Origin: Hyphomicrobiaceae bacterium
GTDB taxonomy: Bacteria; Pseudomonadota; Alphaproteobacteria; Rhizobiales; HXMU1428-3
Direction of reading: 5' to 3'
NCBI GenBank assembly: GCA_021775775.1
Contig: JAJFHF010000109.1
Span: 1-56,357, forward strand
DNA length: 56,357 bases
In this document: piece after piece, positions 1 to 9,492 of the stretch
How the letters are laid out: each line of letters begins with the position of its first letter
Numbering within the stretch: position 1 is the stretch's first letter
Program-made: the position numbers and the translations under genes
Notes under the pieces: model-generated
Database searches by the model: none
Told to the model about the DNA's origin: nothing
The model's input: only the letters and a program-made list of their open reading frames with translations

Positions 1-1257
1 GTTTTTAAATTGAGCGTGCAAATAAGCCTTTTGATCTTTTTTGGGAACAGTAAAAAGAGATACCTTTGGAGAAAAAGCAAGTTCATCCAAAAAGACTTGT
101 CTTTGTTCCCCATCGCGTTTGACGCTTGTCAAATCAGGCACCTTAAACATCATTTGATACGTCCCAAAGGAAACTTGAACTTCGCGTGGTTTAGCAACAG
201 CTATTTTCGGTGCTAAATTTTGAAGTCGCGCATGCGCCCTGCCACCTCTGGCTTCTTTTTTCATTCTTCGCGGCGCATCACTTTGTTCCATCATATCAAA
301 CTCAGCAACCGGAGACGCAGGTTTCACATCTTTCCTAAAATCAACAAACCAAGCTGACAAATCAGGGGCCTTGGTGCGCCCACTTGGGTTCGTCGTTGAT
401 AAGGTCAAGCTTACATTGTCCCAATCTTCTGAGGTGCGTTGAAAAATCTGCGCGCGGCGCACAAGTTTTAAACCATCAGTTTTGTTACCAGCTTCTTCAT
501 TTTGTGTGTTTAAACGCACTTCATAAGAAGGCCGCCACCCAGCACCATTAACCTGATAACGCACTTTGAAATTAGCAACCCCGCCATTCGCAGCCACAAC
601 ATTAACAACCAATCGTGTGGCTTGCTTTTTCCCCTGGGGGTGTTCTCTCAAGCGTTGCTTTACATTTTTAATCTCTTTATTAAGCTCTTTAATTTTAACT
701 TTAGCAGTTAAAGCGCGCGCCTGGGCATCAACAAATTTTTGCCCCATCAAGGCATAAAGCCTTTCATACTGTCCGGCCAAATCAGTGACACCACCACTCT
801 CACCGCGCCCAACCTGACGAGACGGTAACAAAGTCATTTCAGTCAGCAATTTTTTTTGCAACTCAACAGCCTGAACTTCGCTTTGATGTAAAGAACGCTG
901 ATGAAGCAACTGATCAAGCTGCGCGTTAAGTTGTTTTACCAACGCCTGTTTGGTAATATCCTCAAATGGTATCGTCACCACCTTTTGATCAACAGAGCCA
1001 ATCTCTAACCCTTCAAGCCCGCGCCCTTCCACACGCAACGAATGCCCTTGCAAGTGAGCCGGCAGATCTTTTAAAATCACATCATGACGACCAGAGGGCA
1101 CATCAACAGAAAACTCCCTGGTAATTTGCGCCCCATTGGGAAACACCAAAACCGAAGAAATTTTAGACGTGCCCGCAATGTCGTCGGCATGGGCATGAAC
1201 CGGCAAAACCATCAATGATAATGCCAAACCAAATTGCGATAGAAGAGAATATCTCAT
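1..1257 (-). CDS. Mucoidy inhibitor MuiA / DUF4139-DUF4140 (TIGR02231-like) secreted protein, runs off window start
   Basis: Not in the ORF track; translated by hand from ATG at 1257: MRYSLLSQFGLALSLMVLPVHAHA (signal peptide) DDIAGTSKISSVLVFPNGAQITR...LPAHLQGHSLRVEG, later QIFQRTSEDWDNVSLTLSTTNP, typical of this family. Confidence 0.8.
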   Translation of the reverse strand, partial: MRYSLLSQFGLALSLMVLPVHAHADDIAGTSKISSVLVFPNGAQITREFSVDVPSGRHDVILKDLPAHLQGHSLRVEGRGLEGLEIGSVDQKVVTIPFEDITKQALVKQLNAQLDQLLHQRSLHQSEVQAVELQKKLLTEMTLLPSRQVGRGESGGVTDLAGQYERLYALMGQKFVDAQARALTAKVKIKELNKEIKNVKQRLREHPQGKKQATRLVVNVVAANGGVANFKVRYQVNGAGWRPSYEVRLNTQNEEAGNKTDGLKLVRRAQIFQRTSEDWDNVSLTLSTTNPSGRTKAPDLSAWFVDFRKDVKPASPVAEFDMMEQSDAPRRMKKEARGGRAHARLQNLAPKIAVAKPREVQVSFGTYQMMFKVPDLTSVKRDGEQRQVFLDELAFSPKVSLFTVPKKDQKAYLHAQFKN

Positions 1258-1504
1258 AACAATGTCCTTTATTCATATTAATTTCTCAAATCCCCTTTGA
1301 GATTGCAAGCAATCCCACCAGGTCTAACTGTCCATCAACAAACACCCAATAAATGCCCGTTGGTTCAAAATCGATTTAGCTGCTTTGAAGATGAACGCCA
1401 GATGAAAAAATACAATCATTACAAAATTGTAATGAAATCTCCCTCTGTCCAAAAGAAGGATTCGCAAACATCTTCCTGGGTCACACCTGATCAAAATAAA
1501 TTTG

Positions 1505-1568
1505 TATTAAAATAAACGCGCATTAAAATAAACGCGCATTAAAATAAACACACATTAAAATAAACATT
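1505..1568. repeat. Tandem repeat, 4 x 16 bp (consensus CATTAAAATAAACRCR)
   Basis: Units at 1505, 1521, 1537, 1553: tattaaaataaacgcg / cattaaaataaacgcg / cattaaaataaacaca / cattaaaataaacatt. Confidence 0.95.
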
Positions 1569-1575
1569 GTCCAAT

Positions 1576-1598
1576 AAAAAAGGCCCCATTAGGGCCTT
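1576..1598 (-). terminator. Rho-independent terminator downstream of serA
   Basis: aaggccc-catta-gggcctt stem-loop followed by a U-tract on the minus strand. Confidence 0.7.
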
Positions 1599-1630
1599 CT
1601 TCACAAAACATCATAAGACTCTCAAAAGCT

Positions 1631-1751
1631 CACTATACGAAGAAGGGAGCGAGCTTTGCGAGTGCACATGGCGCAGCCCGGTGTGTCACACCGCGCCCTC
1701 GCAGGCTCAAGCGCCTTTTGCGCTTGAAATAGCCGTGAGAGAAAACAAAGA
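1631..1751. repeat. Dispersed structured intergenic element, copy A (homologous to 32299-32427)
   Basis: Shares cacta.acgaagaagggag, gcacatg.cgc and ggctcaagcg...cgcttgaaatagccgtgag.gaaaa with copy B; internal hairpins. Confidence 0.9.
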
Positions 1752-1762
1752 CTATAGAAACC

Positions 1763-3343
1763 TTAAAAGCTCAACGTTTTCGCATCAACCACGTGATCAA
1801 GCGCCCGGGTATTTTCAAGAATTTCCTCACAAACCGCTTTATCAACACCGATCAAAGCAATCGCATTTCCAGCCTCTTCTTCGCGCCCTAAGTTAAAGTT
1901 TGCAATGTTAACCCCAGCCTCGCCAAGCACTGTGCCAAGCGCGCCAATAAACCCTGGCTTATCTGTATTTTCAATATAGAGCATATTATCATCAAGCGCC
2001 GCTTCCATATTAATACCGCGCACTTGAATAATTCGAGGCTTGCCATCAGAAAACACAGTCCCAGCAACAGAGCGTTCTTGTCTCTCGGTCTTAACAGTTA
2101 AACGCATATATTGACCATAAGCCCCTTCGCTGCCGCGCCGCGTTTCCTCAACCTGAATGCCGCGATCTTGAGCAATCACTGTGGCACTGACCATATTGAT
2201 ATCTGCCAATTGCGGGCGCAATACGCCGCATACAGCAGCAGCCGTAAGTGTTTTGGTATTGAGATCACCAATGTCACCAACAAATTCAACCCGAATTTCC
2301 TTCAAACCCGTCTCGATGAGCTGACCAGCAAACAAACCCAATTGCTCAGCTAACTTTACATAGGGGCGCAATTTAGGCGCCTCCTCAGCTGAGACAGAAG
2401 GAAAGTTAATTGCGTTCGTGATCGCACCAGTCAACAAATAATCAGACATTTGCTCAGCCACTTGCACAGCCACATTCACCTGCGCTTCATCAGTAGAAGC
2501 CCCAAGGTGAGGCGTACAAATCATATTCGGCGCGTTAAACAAAACATTCTCAGTAGCAGGTTCTTTAGAGTACACATCAAAAGCAGCCCCAGCCACTTTC
2601 CCGCTCTCCAAACCATCGCGCAAGGCTTGCTCATCAACCAAGCCACCACGCGCACAATTTACAATCCGCACACCATCTTTCATCTTAGCAATGGCATCGA
2701 CATCAATAATATTGCGGGTTTTATCTGTCAGCGGTGTATGCAAGGTAATAAAGTCAGCCCGGCCAAACAACTCATCAAGCTCAACTTTTTCAACCCCAAT
2801 TTCAACAGCGCGTTCTGCTGTCAAAAACGGATCAAAAGCAATCACTTTCATCTTCAAACCAATGCCCCGGCTAGCAGCAATCGAGCCAATGTTGCCACAT
2901 CCAATAACACCAAGTGTTTTGCCCGTTACTTCAACACCCATAAATTTAGATTTTTCCCACTTACCTTGGTGAGTAGATGTGTTGGCATCAGGTATATTAC
3001 GCGCCAAAGCCATCATCATAGCAATCGCATGCTCAGCTGTAGTGATAGAATTACCAAATGGCGTATTCATCACAATCACACCTCTTGCCGTGGCCGCTTT
3101 AATGTCAACATTATCAACACCAATGCCAGCCCGGCCGATCACTTTAAGGTTCGTGGCAGCGTCTAAAATCTTATCTGATGGTTTTGTAGCAGAGCGAATG
3201 GCCAAACCATCATACTCACCAATGATTTCCATCAACTCTTCTTTTTCAAGACCAACTTTAACGTCAACCTCAATACCGCGCTCTTCAAATATTTGTTTGG
3301 CAAGCGGGCTTAGTTTATCAGAAATAAGGACACGAGGTGCCAT
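1763..3343 (-). CDS. serA: D-3-phosphoglycerate dehydrogenase
   Basis: GRAGIGVDNVD, GVIGCGNIG, NCARGG, TPHLGAST motifs, C-terminal ACT domain; follows serC. Confidence 0.97.
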   Translation of the reverse strand: MAPRVLISDKLSPLAKQIFEERGIEVDVKVGLEKEELMEIIGEYDGLAIRSATKPSDKILDAATNLKVIGRAGIGVDNVDIKAATARGVIVMNTPFGNSITTAEHAIAMMMALARNIPDANTSTHQGKWEKSKFMGVEVTGKTLGVIGCGNIGSIAASRGIGLKMKVIAFDPFLTAERAVEIGVEKVELDELFGRADFITLHTPLTDKTRNIIDVDAIAKMKDGVRIVNCARGGLVDEQALRDGLESGKVAGAAFDVYSKEPATENVLFNAPNMICTPHLGASTDEAQVNVAVQVAEQMSDYLLTGAITNAINFPSVSAEEAPKLRPYVKLAEQLGLFAGQLIETGLKEIRVEFVGDIGDLNTKTLTAAAVCGVLRPQLADINMVSATVIAQDRGIQVEETRRGSEGAYGQYMRLTVKTERQERSVAGTVFSDGKPRIIQVRGINMEAALDDNMLYIENTDKPGFIGALGTVLGEAGVNIANFNLGREEEAGNAIALIGVDKAVCEEILENTRALDHVVDAKTLSF

Positions 3344-3414
3344 GTTATTCTCCTTGAAAAGCTCTCAAAGGGAGCCTTTATCTATAAATTAAATGTCTTT
3401 GTGAAAAATGTGAA

Positions 3415-4581
3415 TTATGCCAATTCAGCTTTTGCAGTTGCAAAGGCCCAATCAAGCCACGGCGTCAATGCTTGCAAATCCGATGTCTCTATGGTCGCAC
3501 CAGCCCAAATGCGAAGGCCCGCAGGGGCATCGCGGTAGGAACCAATATCCAAAGCCACACCTTCTTCATCAAGAAGTTTGACAATCCGTTTAGCAAATGC
3601 CGCCTGAGCATCATCATCAAGCTTGCACACCTGGTCGTCAACAATCTTCAAGCACACAGATGTGTTCGACGCGATATCATTGCTAACAGCCAAGTTAGCC
3701 ACCCAATCGGCGCTTTCCATCCACTCATTAAGAGTTTGAGAATTAGCATCAGCCCGTGCCTGTAGAGTTTTAAGCCCGCCAAGCCCTTCAGCCCAAGTGA
3801 GACCATCAATATAGTCCTCTAACGCCAACATAGACGGGGTGTTAATCGTCGCCCCTTCAAAGATCCCTTTAATGAGCTTCCCCGCTTTAGCAAGTTTGAA
3901 AATTTTCGGCATCGGCCAAGACGGTGTATAAGTCTCTAACCGCTCCACAGCGCGCGGAGACAACACCAACATACCGTGTTGGCCCTCACCGCCCATAACT
4001 TTTTGCCAAGAATATGTAAGCACATCAACCTTATCCCAAGCGATCTCTTGGGCAAACACAGCCGACGTTGCATCAACCAAGGTAAGACCCTCGCGATCAG
4101 AAGCGATCCAATCCCCATTGGGTACACAAACCCCAGAGGTTGTTCCATTCCAGGTAAAGACCACATCACGAGAAAAATCAACGGCTGATAAATCAGGTAA
4201 TGTGCCATAATCAGCATCCATAACCCGAACATCTTGAAGTTTAAGCTCTTTGGTAATGTCACCAACCCAGCCCTTACCAAAACTTTCCCAGGCCAGCACA
4301 TCAACACCGCGCGCGCCAAGCAACGACCACATGGCGGCTTCAAAAGCGCCCGTATCAGAGGCCGGCATAATACCAACCAAATAATCTTGAGGGATCCCAA
4401 GAATTTCTTTGGTTTTATCAATAGCCAATTTCAAGCGCGCTTTACCCACACCAGACCGATGCGAGCGCCCAAGAACAGCAGACTCTAAATTTTTAAGAGA
4501 ATAACCTGGTCTCTTTGCACAAGGACCAGAAGAAAAATGCGCGTTTAATGGCCGCGTAGCCGGTTTTTGTAGATCTATCAT
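3415..4581 (-). CDS. serC: Phosphoserine aminotransferase (alphaproteobacterial type)
   Basis: [32 protein letters not shown] lysine, TINTPS, GLRIWAG. Confidence 0.97.
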   Translation of the reverse strand: MIDLQKPATRPLNAHFSSGPCAKRPGYSLKNLESAVLGRSHRSGVGKARLKLAIDKTKEILGIPQDYLVGIMPASDTGAFEAAMWSLLGARGVDVLAWESFGKGWVGDITKELKLQDVRVMDADYGTLPDLSAVDFSRDVVFTWNGTTSGVCVPNGDWIASDREGLTLVDATSAVFAQEIAWDKVDVLTYSWQKVMGGEGQHGMLVLSPRAVERLETYTPSWPMPKIFKLAKAGKLIKGIFEGATINTPSMLALEDYIDGLTWAEGLGGLKTLQARADANSQTLNEWMESADWVANLAVSNDIASNTSVCLKIVDDQVCKLDDDAQAAFAKRIVKLLDEEGVALDIGSYRDAPAGLRIWAGATIETSDLQALTPWLDWAFATAKAELA

Positions 4582-4631
4582 GATCTATCCTTCCAGATAG
4601 TTGCCTCTCGTTGGGGAGAGGTGTCCCACGG
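4582..4631 (-). ncRNA. serC leader cis-regulatory RNA motif
   Basis: Minus strand GTGGGACA-CCTCTC-CCCAAC-GAGAGG-CAA-CTATCT-GGAA-GGATAG-ATC-ATG: two hairpins, the second covering the RBS, directly 5' of serC; fits the alphaproteobacterial serC leader as I recall it. Confidence 0.8.
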
Positions 4632-4634
4632 ACG

Positions 4635-4663
4635 GATGTATTGAAGTTTGAGATAGAAGTCAA
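4635..4663 (-). promoter_or_regulatory. Sigma70-like promoter for serC
   Basis: TTGACT-N17-TACATC on the minus strand just upstream of the leader. Confidence 0.5.
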
Positions 4664-4689
4664 TAGACCATTTAGCTACAAGCCAAAAT

Positions 4690-4716
4690 AAAAGGCGAAG
4701 CTTAGCGCTCCGCCTT
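4690..4716 (-). terminator. Terminator after omp gene 1
   Basis: aaggcgaagc...gctccgcctt imperfect hairpin with U-tract on the minus strand. Confidence 0.55.
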
Positions 4717-4760
4717 GAATAACAACTACAAATTAAAGCTATACCTCTTGAAGTCTTAAC

Positions 4761-5522
4761 TTATTTCATAGATTCATAAGAATCCTCACAACGGCTCCAA
4801 CAACTAAAACCATAACGCACACCAACACGGATCTCATGAGTTTCAATTTCATCCATCAAAAATCTTTTACCAGAGCCTTTACGGTCATCAAGCTTAACAT
4901 CACCCATATCAAGATAACGATAGCCAACATCAACTTTCCAATTTTCTCCAAAATCAACAGCAACACCAGCCATTAATGCCCATGCAAGATCGGCATCATC
5001 ATCGTTGGTATCTTCCCCATCAAAACTGTGATGAACAAAACCAATACCAGCACCAACATAAGGTGTAAATCTAGAGCCAAAATCAAAGTCATAATACACA
5101 TTGGCCAAACCCACCAAACTATCCATCTCAGCTGTGAAAGCAGCCAATGGTAAAGTGGCAGGAGGTGGCAGTTGTGAAAAAACATCGGCATTCATACGGT
5201 AATCAAGCGTAAAATCCAAACGAATACGAGGGTTAATATACAATCCTATCCCGCCGCCAATCGACCATGCTTCATCCCAATCAGTATTAATAAAGGCCGG
5301 CGCCAATCCTTGAGCAATAATAGAATCTGATACTTCGCCATCAAGGTTAAGACCATAGCCGACATCACCGCGGACATACCATTGACGATCATGCCCAGAT
5401 GAAAGTTCGACATCCCCATCTTTCATACTATAACGACCATTATCAAAATCGGCAGAAAAAGCCATCCCGCTCATACCCAACAACATTAAAAAACTCAACA
5501 AACCAACTCGTATAATGCGCAT
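4761..5522 (-). CDS. Outer membrane 8-stranded beta-barrel protein (Omp25/RopB/opacity-porin-like)
   Basis: Signal peptide ending AFS-AD, WYVRGDVGY, FTPYVGAGIG, AWALMAGV, DVGYRYLDMG, HEIRVGVRYGF. Confidence 0.9.
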   Translation of the reverse strand: MRIIRVGLLSFLMLLGMSGMAFSADFDNGRYSMKDGDVELSSGHDRQWYVRGDVGYGLNLDGEVSDSIIAQGLAPAFINTDWDEAWSIGGGIGLYINPRIRLDFTLDYRMNADVFSQLPPPATLPLAAFTAEMDSLVGLANVYYDFDFGSRFTPYVGAGIGFVHHSFDGEDTNDDDADLAWALMAGVAVDFGENWKVDVGYRYLDMGDVKLDDRKGSGKRFLMDEIETHEIRVGVRYGFSCWSRCEDSYESMK

Positions 5523-5720
5523 TAAATTATCCCCTCAATGCAAAATCTAAATCTAAAAAGTGAAACCACTTATCGTTTCAGTTGAGGTAATTATTAACAA
5601 AAATACTTAATGGACATTTAAAACACCCAACAAAATGAAACATTTATAGTAAAAAACTGAGGTTTTACTTGAAAACAAAAAACAGTCTATTTCTCTCACT
5701 CAACGATTATTCATCACAAC

Positions 5721-5749
5721 AAAAAAGGCAGGAAAAATTCCCGCCTTTT
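5721..5749 (-). terminator. Terminator after omp gene 2
   Basis: aaaaggcaggaa-aaa-ttcccgcctttt hairpin flanked by A/T tracts. Confidence 0.65.
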
Positions 5750-5771
5750 CATCTAAAAATTTCAAAAGAAA

Positions 5772-6551
5772 TTATTTATAGCTATCATAATCAGGTGCAG
5801 CTTCAGCACACCGAACAAAGCAACTAAAGCTGTAACGAAGACCAACACGAATTTCATGAGACTCAAGGTCTTCAGCCTCTACAAAATCAGCTGTTGGAAA
5901 TTTTGTTACTTTAGCCGCATTAGTAATGTCAGCTTTCACATCACCCATATTTAAGTAACGATAACCAACATCCAACTTCCAGCTATCTTTCAAGTCAACA
6001 GCCACACCAGCCATCAACGCCCAAGCAAAGTTCGTGTCACCACCACCTTCAAAATCGGCACCTTCAACATCATGATCAGCAAAACCAATACCCACACCAA
6101 CATATGGCGTAATACGGTGTCCCATATCAAGATCATAGTAAAAATTCACCAAACCAAGCAATGTGTCTATATCAGCCGATGTTTGATTAGCCGGACCAGC
6201 AGCAGGATAATAGCCTGAAATTTCATTCTCAAACCGATAATCAAGTGTGGCATCTATACGAAAACCACGCATTAAATTGAAACCGATACCACCACCGAGC
6301 ACGAGACCATCATCATAATCATTCGTTACGATATCAACTTGATTGCTATCCTCAAGGTCCGGGTCAGAATTAAACCCATACCCAAGATCAAGGCGCCAAT
6401 ACCAACGGCGATCAGAAACGGCTTCACCTTCATAGAGACTATCTTTAAGACTGCCCCGATAATCTTGGTCATACACATCGGCAGCTAAAGCAGCTCCCCC
6501 AGTCGATACCATCATAACAGCACTGACCAAACCTAACTTTAAAACATTCAT
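5772..6551 (-). CDS. Outer membrane beta-barrel protein, paralog of 4761-5522
   Basis: Signal peptide ending ALA-AD, ITPYVGVGIG, AWALMAGVAVD, DVGYRYLNMG, HEIRVGLRYSF. Confidence 0.9.
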   Translation of the reverse strand: MNVLKLGLVSAVMMVSTGGAALAADVYDQDYRGSLKDSLYEGEAVSDRRWYWRLDLGYGFNSDPDLEDSNQVDIVTNDYDDGLVLGGGIGFNLMRGFRIDATLDYRFENEISGYYPAAGPANQTSADIDTLLGLVNFYYDLDMGHRITPYVGVGIGFADHDVEGADFEGGGDTNFAWALMAGVAVDLKDSWKLDVGYRYLNMGDVKADITNAAKVTKFPTADFVEAEDLESHEIRVGLRYSFSCFVRCAEAAPDYDSYK

Positions 6552-6601
6552 CCAACTAATTCCCCTCTGTGAATTGCCAACTAACTGGCTAAACCTTTAT
6601 G

Positions 6602-6709
6602 GTTAATTCACCATTAAGGCCGTCTTAATAACAACTATTCACTAGAAAACTTAAAAGAGAATTAACAAAAAACCAGTAAAACCACTTGATTTAGTTAATG
6701 AATACTTAA
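6602..6709. promoter_or_regulatory. Cluster of CtrA boxes (TTAA-N7-TTAA[C]) upstream of the omp pair
   Basis: GTTAA-ttcacca-TTAA 6602-6617; TTAA-ggccgtc-TTAA 6614-6628; TTAA-aagagaa-TTAAC 6651-6666; GTTAA-tgaatac-TTAA 6694-6709. Confidence 0.75.
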
Positions 6710-6812
6710 TGATCTATCTTAAAGGTTAGGCTTAATAAAAATTTGTCATCGCACAGATTAAGTTGAAATTATAGTTCACCAAAGAAAAAAACACTCTGTA
6801 TGCAGCCTAACC

Positions 6813-8162
6813 TTATACCGTTTGGTCTGTATTCAGCACACCAACAATTTCAGAAACAACTTCAGATACAACAACTTTATCATCCCCTTCAGCCATAACA
6901 CGGATTACAGGCTCTGTACCTGATGGCCGTATAACCAAACGACCTGACTTGCCCAAACGATCTTCTCCAGCGCGAATAGCTTCAATAACATCACTGCGCT
7001 CAAGGGGCGCCCCTTGAGAATAACGCACACTTTCTAACAATTGAGGAACCCTCTCAAATTGTTGGCATACAGAACTAACAGGCTTTTGTTGCGCAATAAC
7101 CACAGCTAAAATTTGCAATGCAGAGACAAGCCCATCCCCTGTGGTCGAAAAATCGCTTAAAACAATATGGCCAGATTGCTCACCGCCTAAGTTAAAACCG
7201 TGGCGGCGCATATGTTCAACCACATGACGATCCCCCACAGGGGTTCTAACCATGCTGAGTTTTTCATCCTTTAAAAACCGCTCTAACCCTAAGTTGGACA
7301 TGATCGTGGCAACAACGCCGCCCGAGAGCAATTTACCCTGATCATTCCAAGATTTTGCTATAACAGCCATCAACTGGTCGCCATCAACCAGATGGCCTTT
7401 TTCATCAACAACGACAACCCTATCCGCATCCCCATCAAGGGCAATACCAATATCCGCACGCATCTCTTTGACTTTTTCACACAGCAATTCAACGCTGGTA
7501 GACCCACACCCCGCATTAATATTTGTCCCATTCGGCTCAACACCAATAGGGATAACCTCAGCGCCAAGCTCCCACAATGCCAGCGGGGCAACCTTGTAAG
7601 CGGCGCCATGGGCACAATCCACAACAATCCTCAAACCCTCAAATCGCATATTGCGCGGTAAGCTTCGCTTTGCAGCTTCAATATACCTATCGCGAGAGCT
7701 CTCAATCCGCTTGGCGCGGCCAATCTCCTCAGGAGGGGCCAAAAGAGGGGCAACATCACTGCTCACAAGCTTGGTGATTTCAGCCTCTTGTTCATCAGAT
7801 AATTTATAGCCATCTGGTCCAAAAATTTTAATACCGTTATCGCAAAATTCATTATGAGACGCTGAAATCATCACACCCAAATCAGCCCGCATAGACCGCG
7901 TTAACATGGCAACACCAGGGGTGGGCACAGGCCCCAATTGAAAGACATCCATACCAACAGCGGTAAATCCTGATATCAAAGCTGATTCAATCATATACCC
8001 TGAAAGCCGTGTATCTTTCCCAATAACCACACGGTGGCGATGGTCTCCATTACGAAATATATGCCCCGCTGCCATGCCAATTTTCATGGCAGTCTCAGCT
8101 GTCATAGGGTATTGATTGGCACGGCCGCGCACACCATCAGTTCCAAACAATTTTTTTGTCAT
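6813..8162 (-). CDS. glmM: Phosphoglucosamine mutase
   Basis: [44 protein letters not shown]; start placed at MTKKLFG. Confidence 0.97.
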   Translation of the reverse strand: MTKKLFGTDGVRGRANQYPMTAETAMKIGMAAGHIFRNGDHRHRVVIGKDTRLSGYMIESALISGFTAVGMDVFQLGPVPTPGVAMLTRSMRADLGVMISASHNEFCDNGIKIFGPDGYKLSDEQEAEITKLVSSDVAPLLAPPEEIGRAKRIESSRDRYIEAAKRSLPRNMRFEGLRIVVDCAHGAAYKVAPLALWELGAEVIPIGVEPNGTNINAGCGSTSVELLCEKVKEMRADIGIALDGDADRVVVVDEKGHLVDGDQLMAVIAKSWNDQGKLLSGGVVATIMSNLGLERFLKDEKLSMVRTPVGDRHVVEHMRRHGFNLGGEQSGHIVLSDFSTTGDGLVSALQILAVVIAQQKPVSSVCQQFERVPQLLESVRYSQGAPLERSDVIEAIRAGEDRLGKSGRLVIRPSGTEPVIRVMAEGDDKVVVSEVVSEIVGVLNTDQTV

Positions 8163-8346
8163 AACCCTAAAACTCCCTCTTTCATTCACGCCAAACAATT
8201 AAAAACTAACAAGAAACATCTATAGGGCAATGACCATTAAAGCAATGAATCTAATCATAAATACCCAAACGGGGCAGCTCAGCCCCAAAACATATTAAAA
8301 TAAGTCTTTATGCCATCTTATTCACATACATGGCCAAATCATGGAC

Positions 8347-9378
8347 CTAATCTCTTTGCTGTGCAAACCAAACATTTAACGCCTGGCGTGTTGCAGCCAC
8401 ATCATGAACCCTCAAAATTTGCACCCCTTGCCCGGCCCCTTTTAACGCCCCCGCGAGGGAACCTGGCAAGCGCTCATTAACATCTTCATCTCTGGAAAGG
8501 GCCCCAATAAAACGTTTGCGCGAACACCCTAATAAAATCGGAACGCCCAAGCCATGAAACAAACTCACCCCATCAAGCAGCGCGCAATTATGCGCGGTCG
8601 TTTTACCAAACCCAATCCCAGGGTCAACAACCAACAAACCATAGGCAATACCAGCTTCAAGCGCGACCTGAATACGCTCTTTTAAATAGTCGTACACTTC
8701 GCTAAGAACATGAGAATAATGCGGCTTTTTTTGCATGGTCCGCGGGTCCCCTTGAGTATGCATCAAAACCACAGGCACATCCAATCCAGCCGCAACCTGA
8801 GGCGAACGCTCATCAAACCCAAGCGCCGAGACATCATTAATCATCGTCGCCCCCGCCTTAACAGCTTCCTCCATCACAATCGCTTTGCGCGTATCAATTG
8901 AAAGCACACAGCTTGTTTGCCCCCTCAAAGCTTTGATAACAGGGATCACCCGAGCAAGCTCTTCGTCAACAGGCACCACATCAGCCCCAGGCCGCGTGCT
9001 CTCACCGCCAATATCTAAAATGCTGGCCCCCTCATCCAAAAGGCGCAAACCATGGCCAACAGCACGCTCAACAGTCTCAAAGTTACCCCCATCTGAAAAA
9101 CTATCTGGTGTCACATTCACAATCCCCATAATATGGGTACGGTCCATCGGCAATCCAGCAATATTAGAACGCGGTTTCGTTAATTGCGCGCACGCAGCAT
9201 CAAAATCAGAAACCCCCTCAAAATTCCCTATCTCTTGAGACCAAACACCACTCGCGCCGCGCTCCAGCCGCTCAACACTACTAAAACCAATCCCTTTCAT
9301 ACCGGCCAACATGAATGGCAAAGCCCCCTGCCTGGGGGCCCCATCATAGAGGTGACAAATTGGTCGCCAATACACCAT
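8347..9378 (-). CDS. folP: Dihydropteroate synthase
   Basis: MGIVNVTPDSFSDGG, DIGGESTRPG, DPGIGFGK, SRKRF, LRVHDV; ftsH-folP-glmM synteny. Confidence 0.96.
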   Translation of the reverse strand: MVYWRPICHLYDGAPRQGALPFMLAGMKGIGFSSVERLERGASGVWSQEIGNFEGVSDFDAACAQLTKPRSNIAGLPMDRTHIMGIVNVTPDSFSDGGNFETVERAVGHGLRLLDEGASILDIGGESTRPGADVVPVDEELARVIPVIKALRGQTSCVLSIDTRKAIVMEEAVKAGATMINDVSALGFDERSPQVAAGLDVPVVLMHTQGDPRTMQKKPHYSHVLSEVYDYLKERIQVALEAGIAYGLLVVDPGIGFGKTTAHNCALLDGVSLFHGLGVPILLGCSRKRFIGALSRDEDVNERLPGSLAGALKGAGQGVQILRVHDVAATRQALNVWFAQQRD

Positions 9379-9492
9379 ATCTCGTCCTCTCTTCGAACCG
9401 TTATATTAAAAATCAAAACACACCAACAAAAAAGCCGCCCAAACCCAAACCAAGGATCAAGGCGACTTAAATTTTAAGACAAGACCAACAAT

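Noticed and set aside
1505-1568. Possible CRISPR array
   Set aside because: Units are 16 bp and contiguous, with no unique spacers and no cas genes
1631-1751. Self-cleaving ribozyme (hammerhead or HDV) reading of the dispersed repeat
   Set aside because: No CUGANGA/GAAA core, and I could not build an HDV nested double pseudoknot by eye on either strand
2450-3166. 238-aa plus-strand ORF and many similar overlapping ORFs
   Set aside because: Antisense or alternate-frame shadows of well-supported genes (here serA), with no recognisable motifs
9170-9378. N-terminal extension of FolP as a novel domain
   Set aside because: Similar Y.RP...LAG...F..VE extensions are, as I recall, common in alphaproteobacterial FolP
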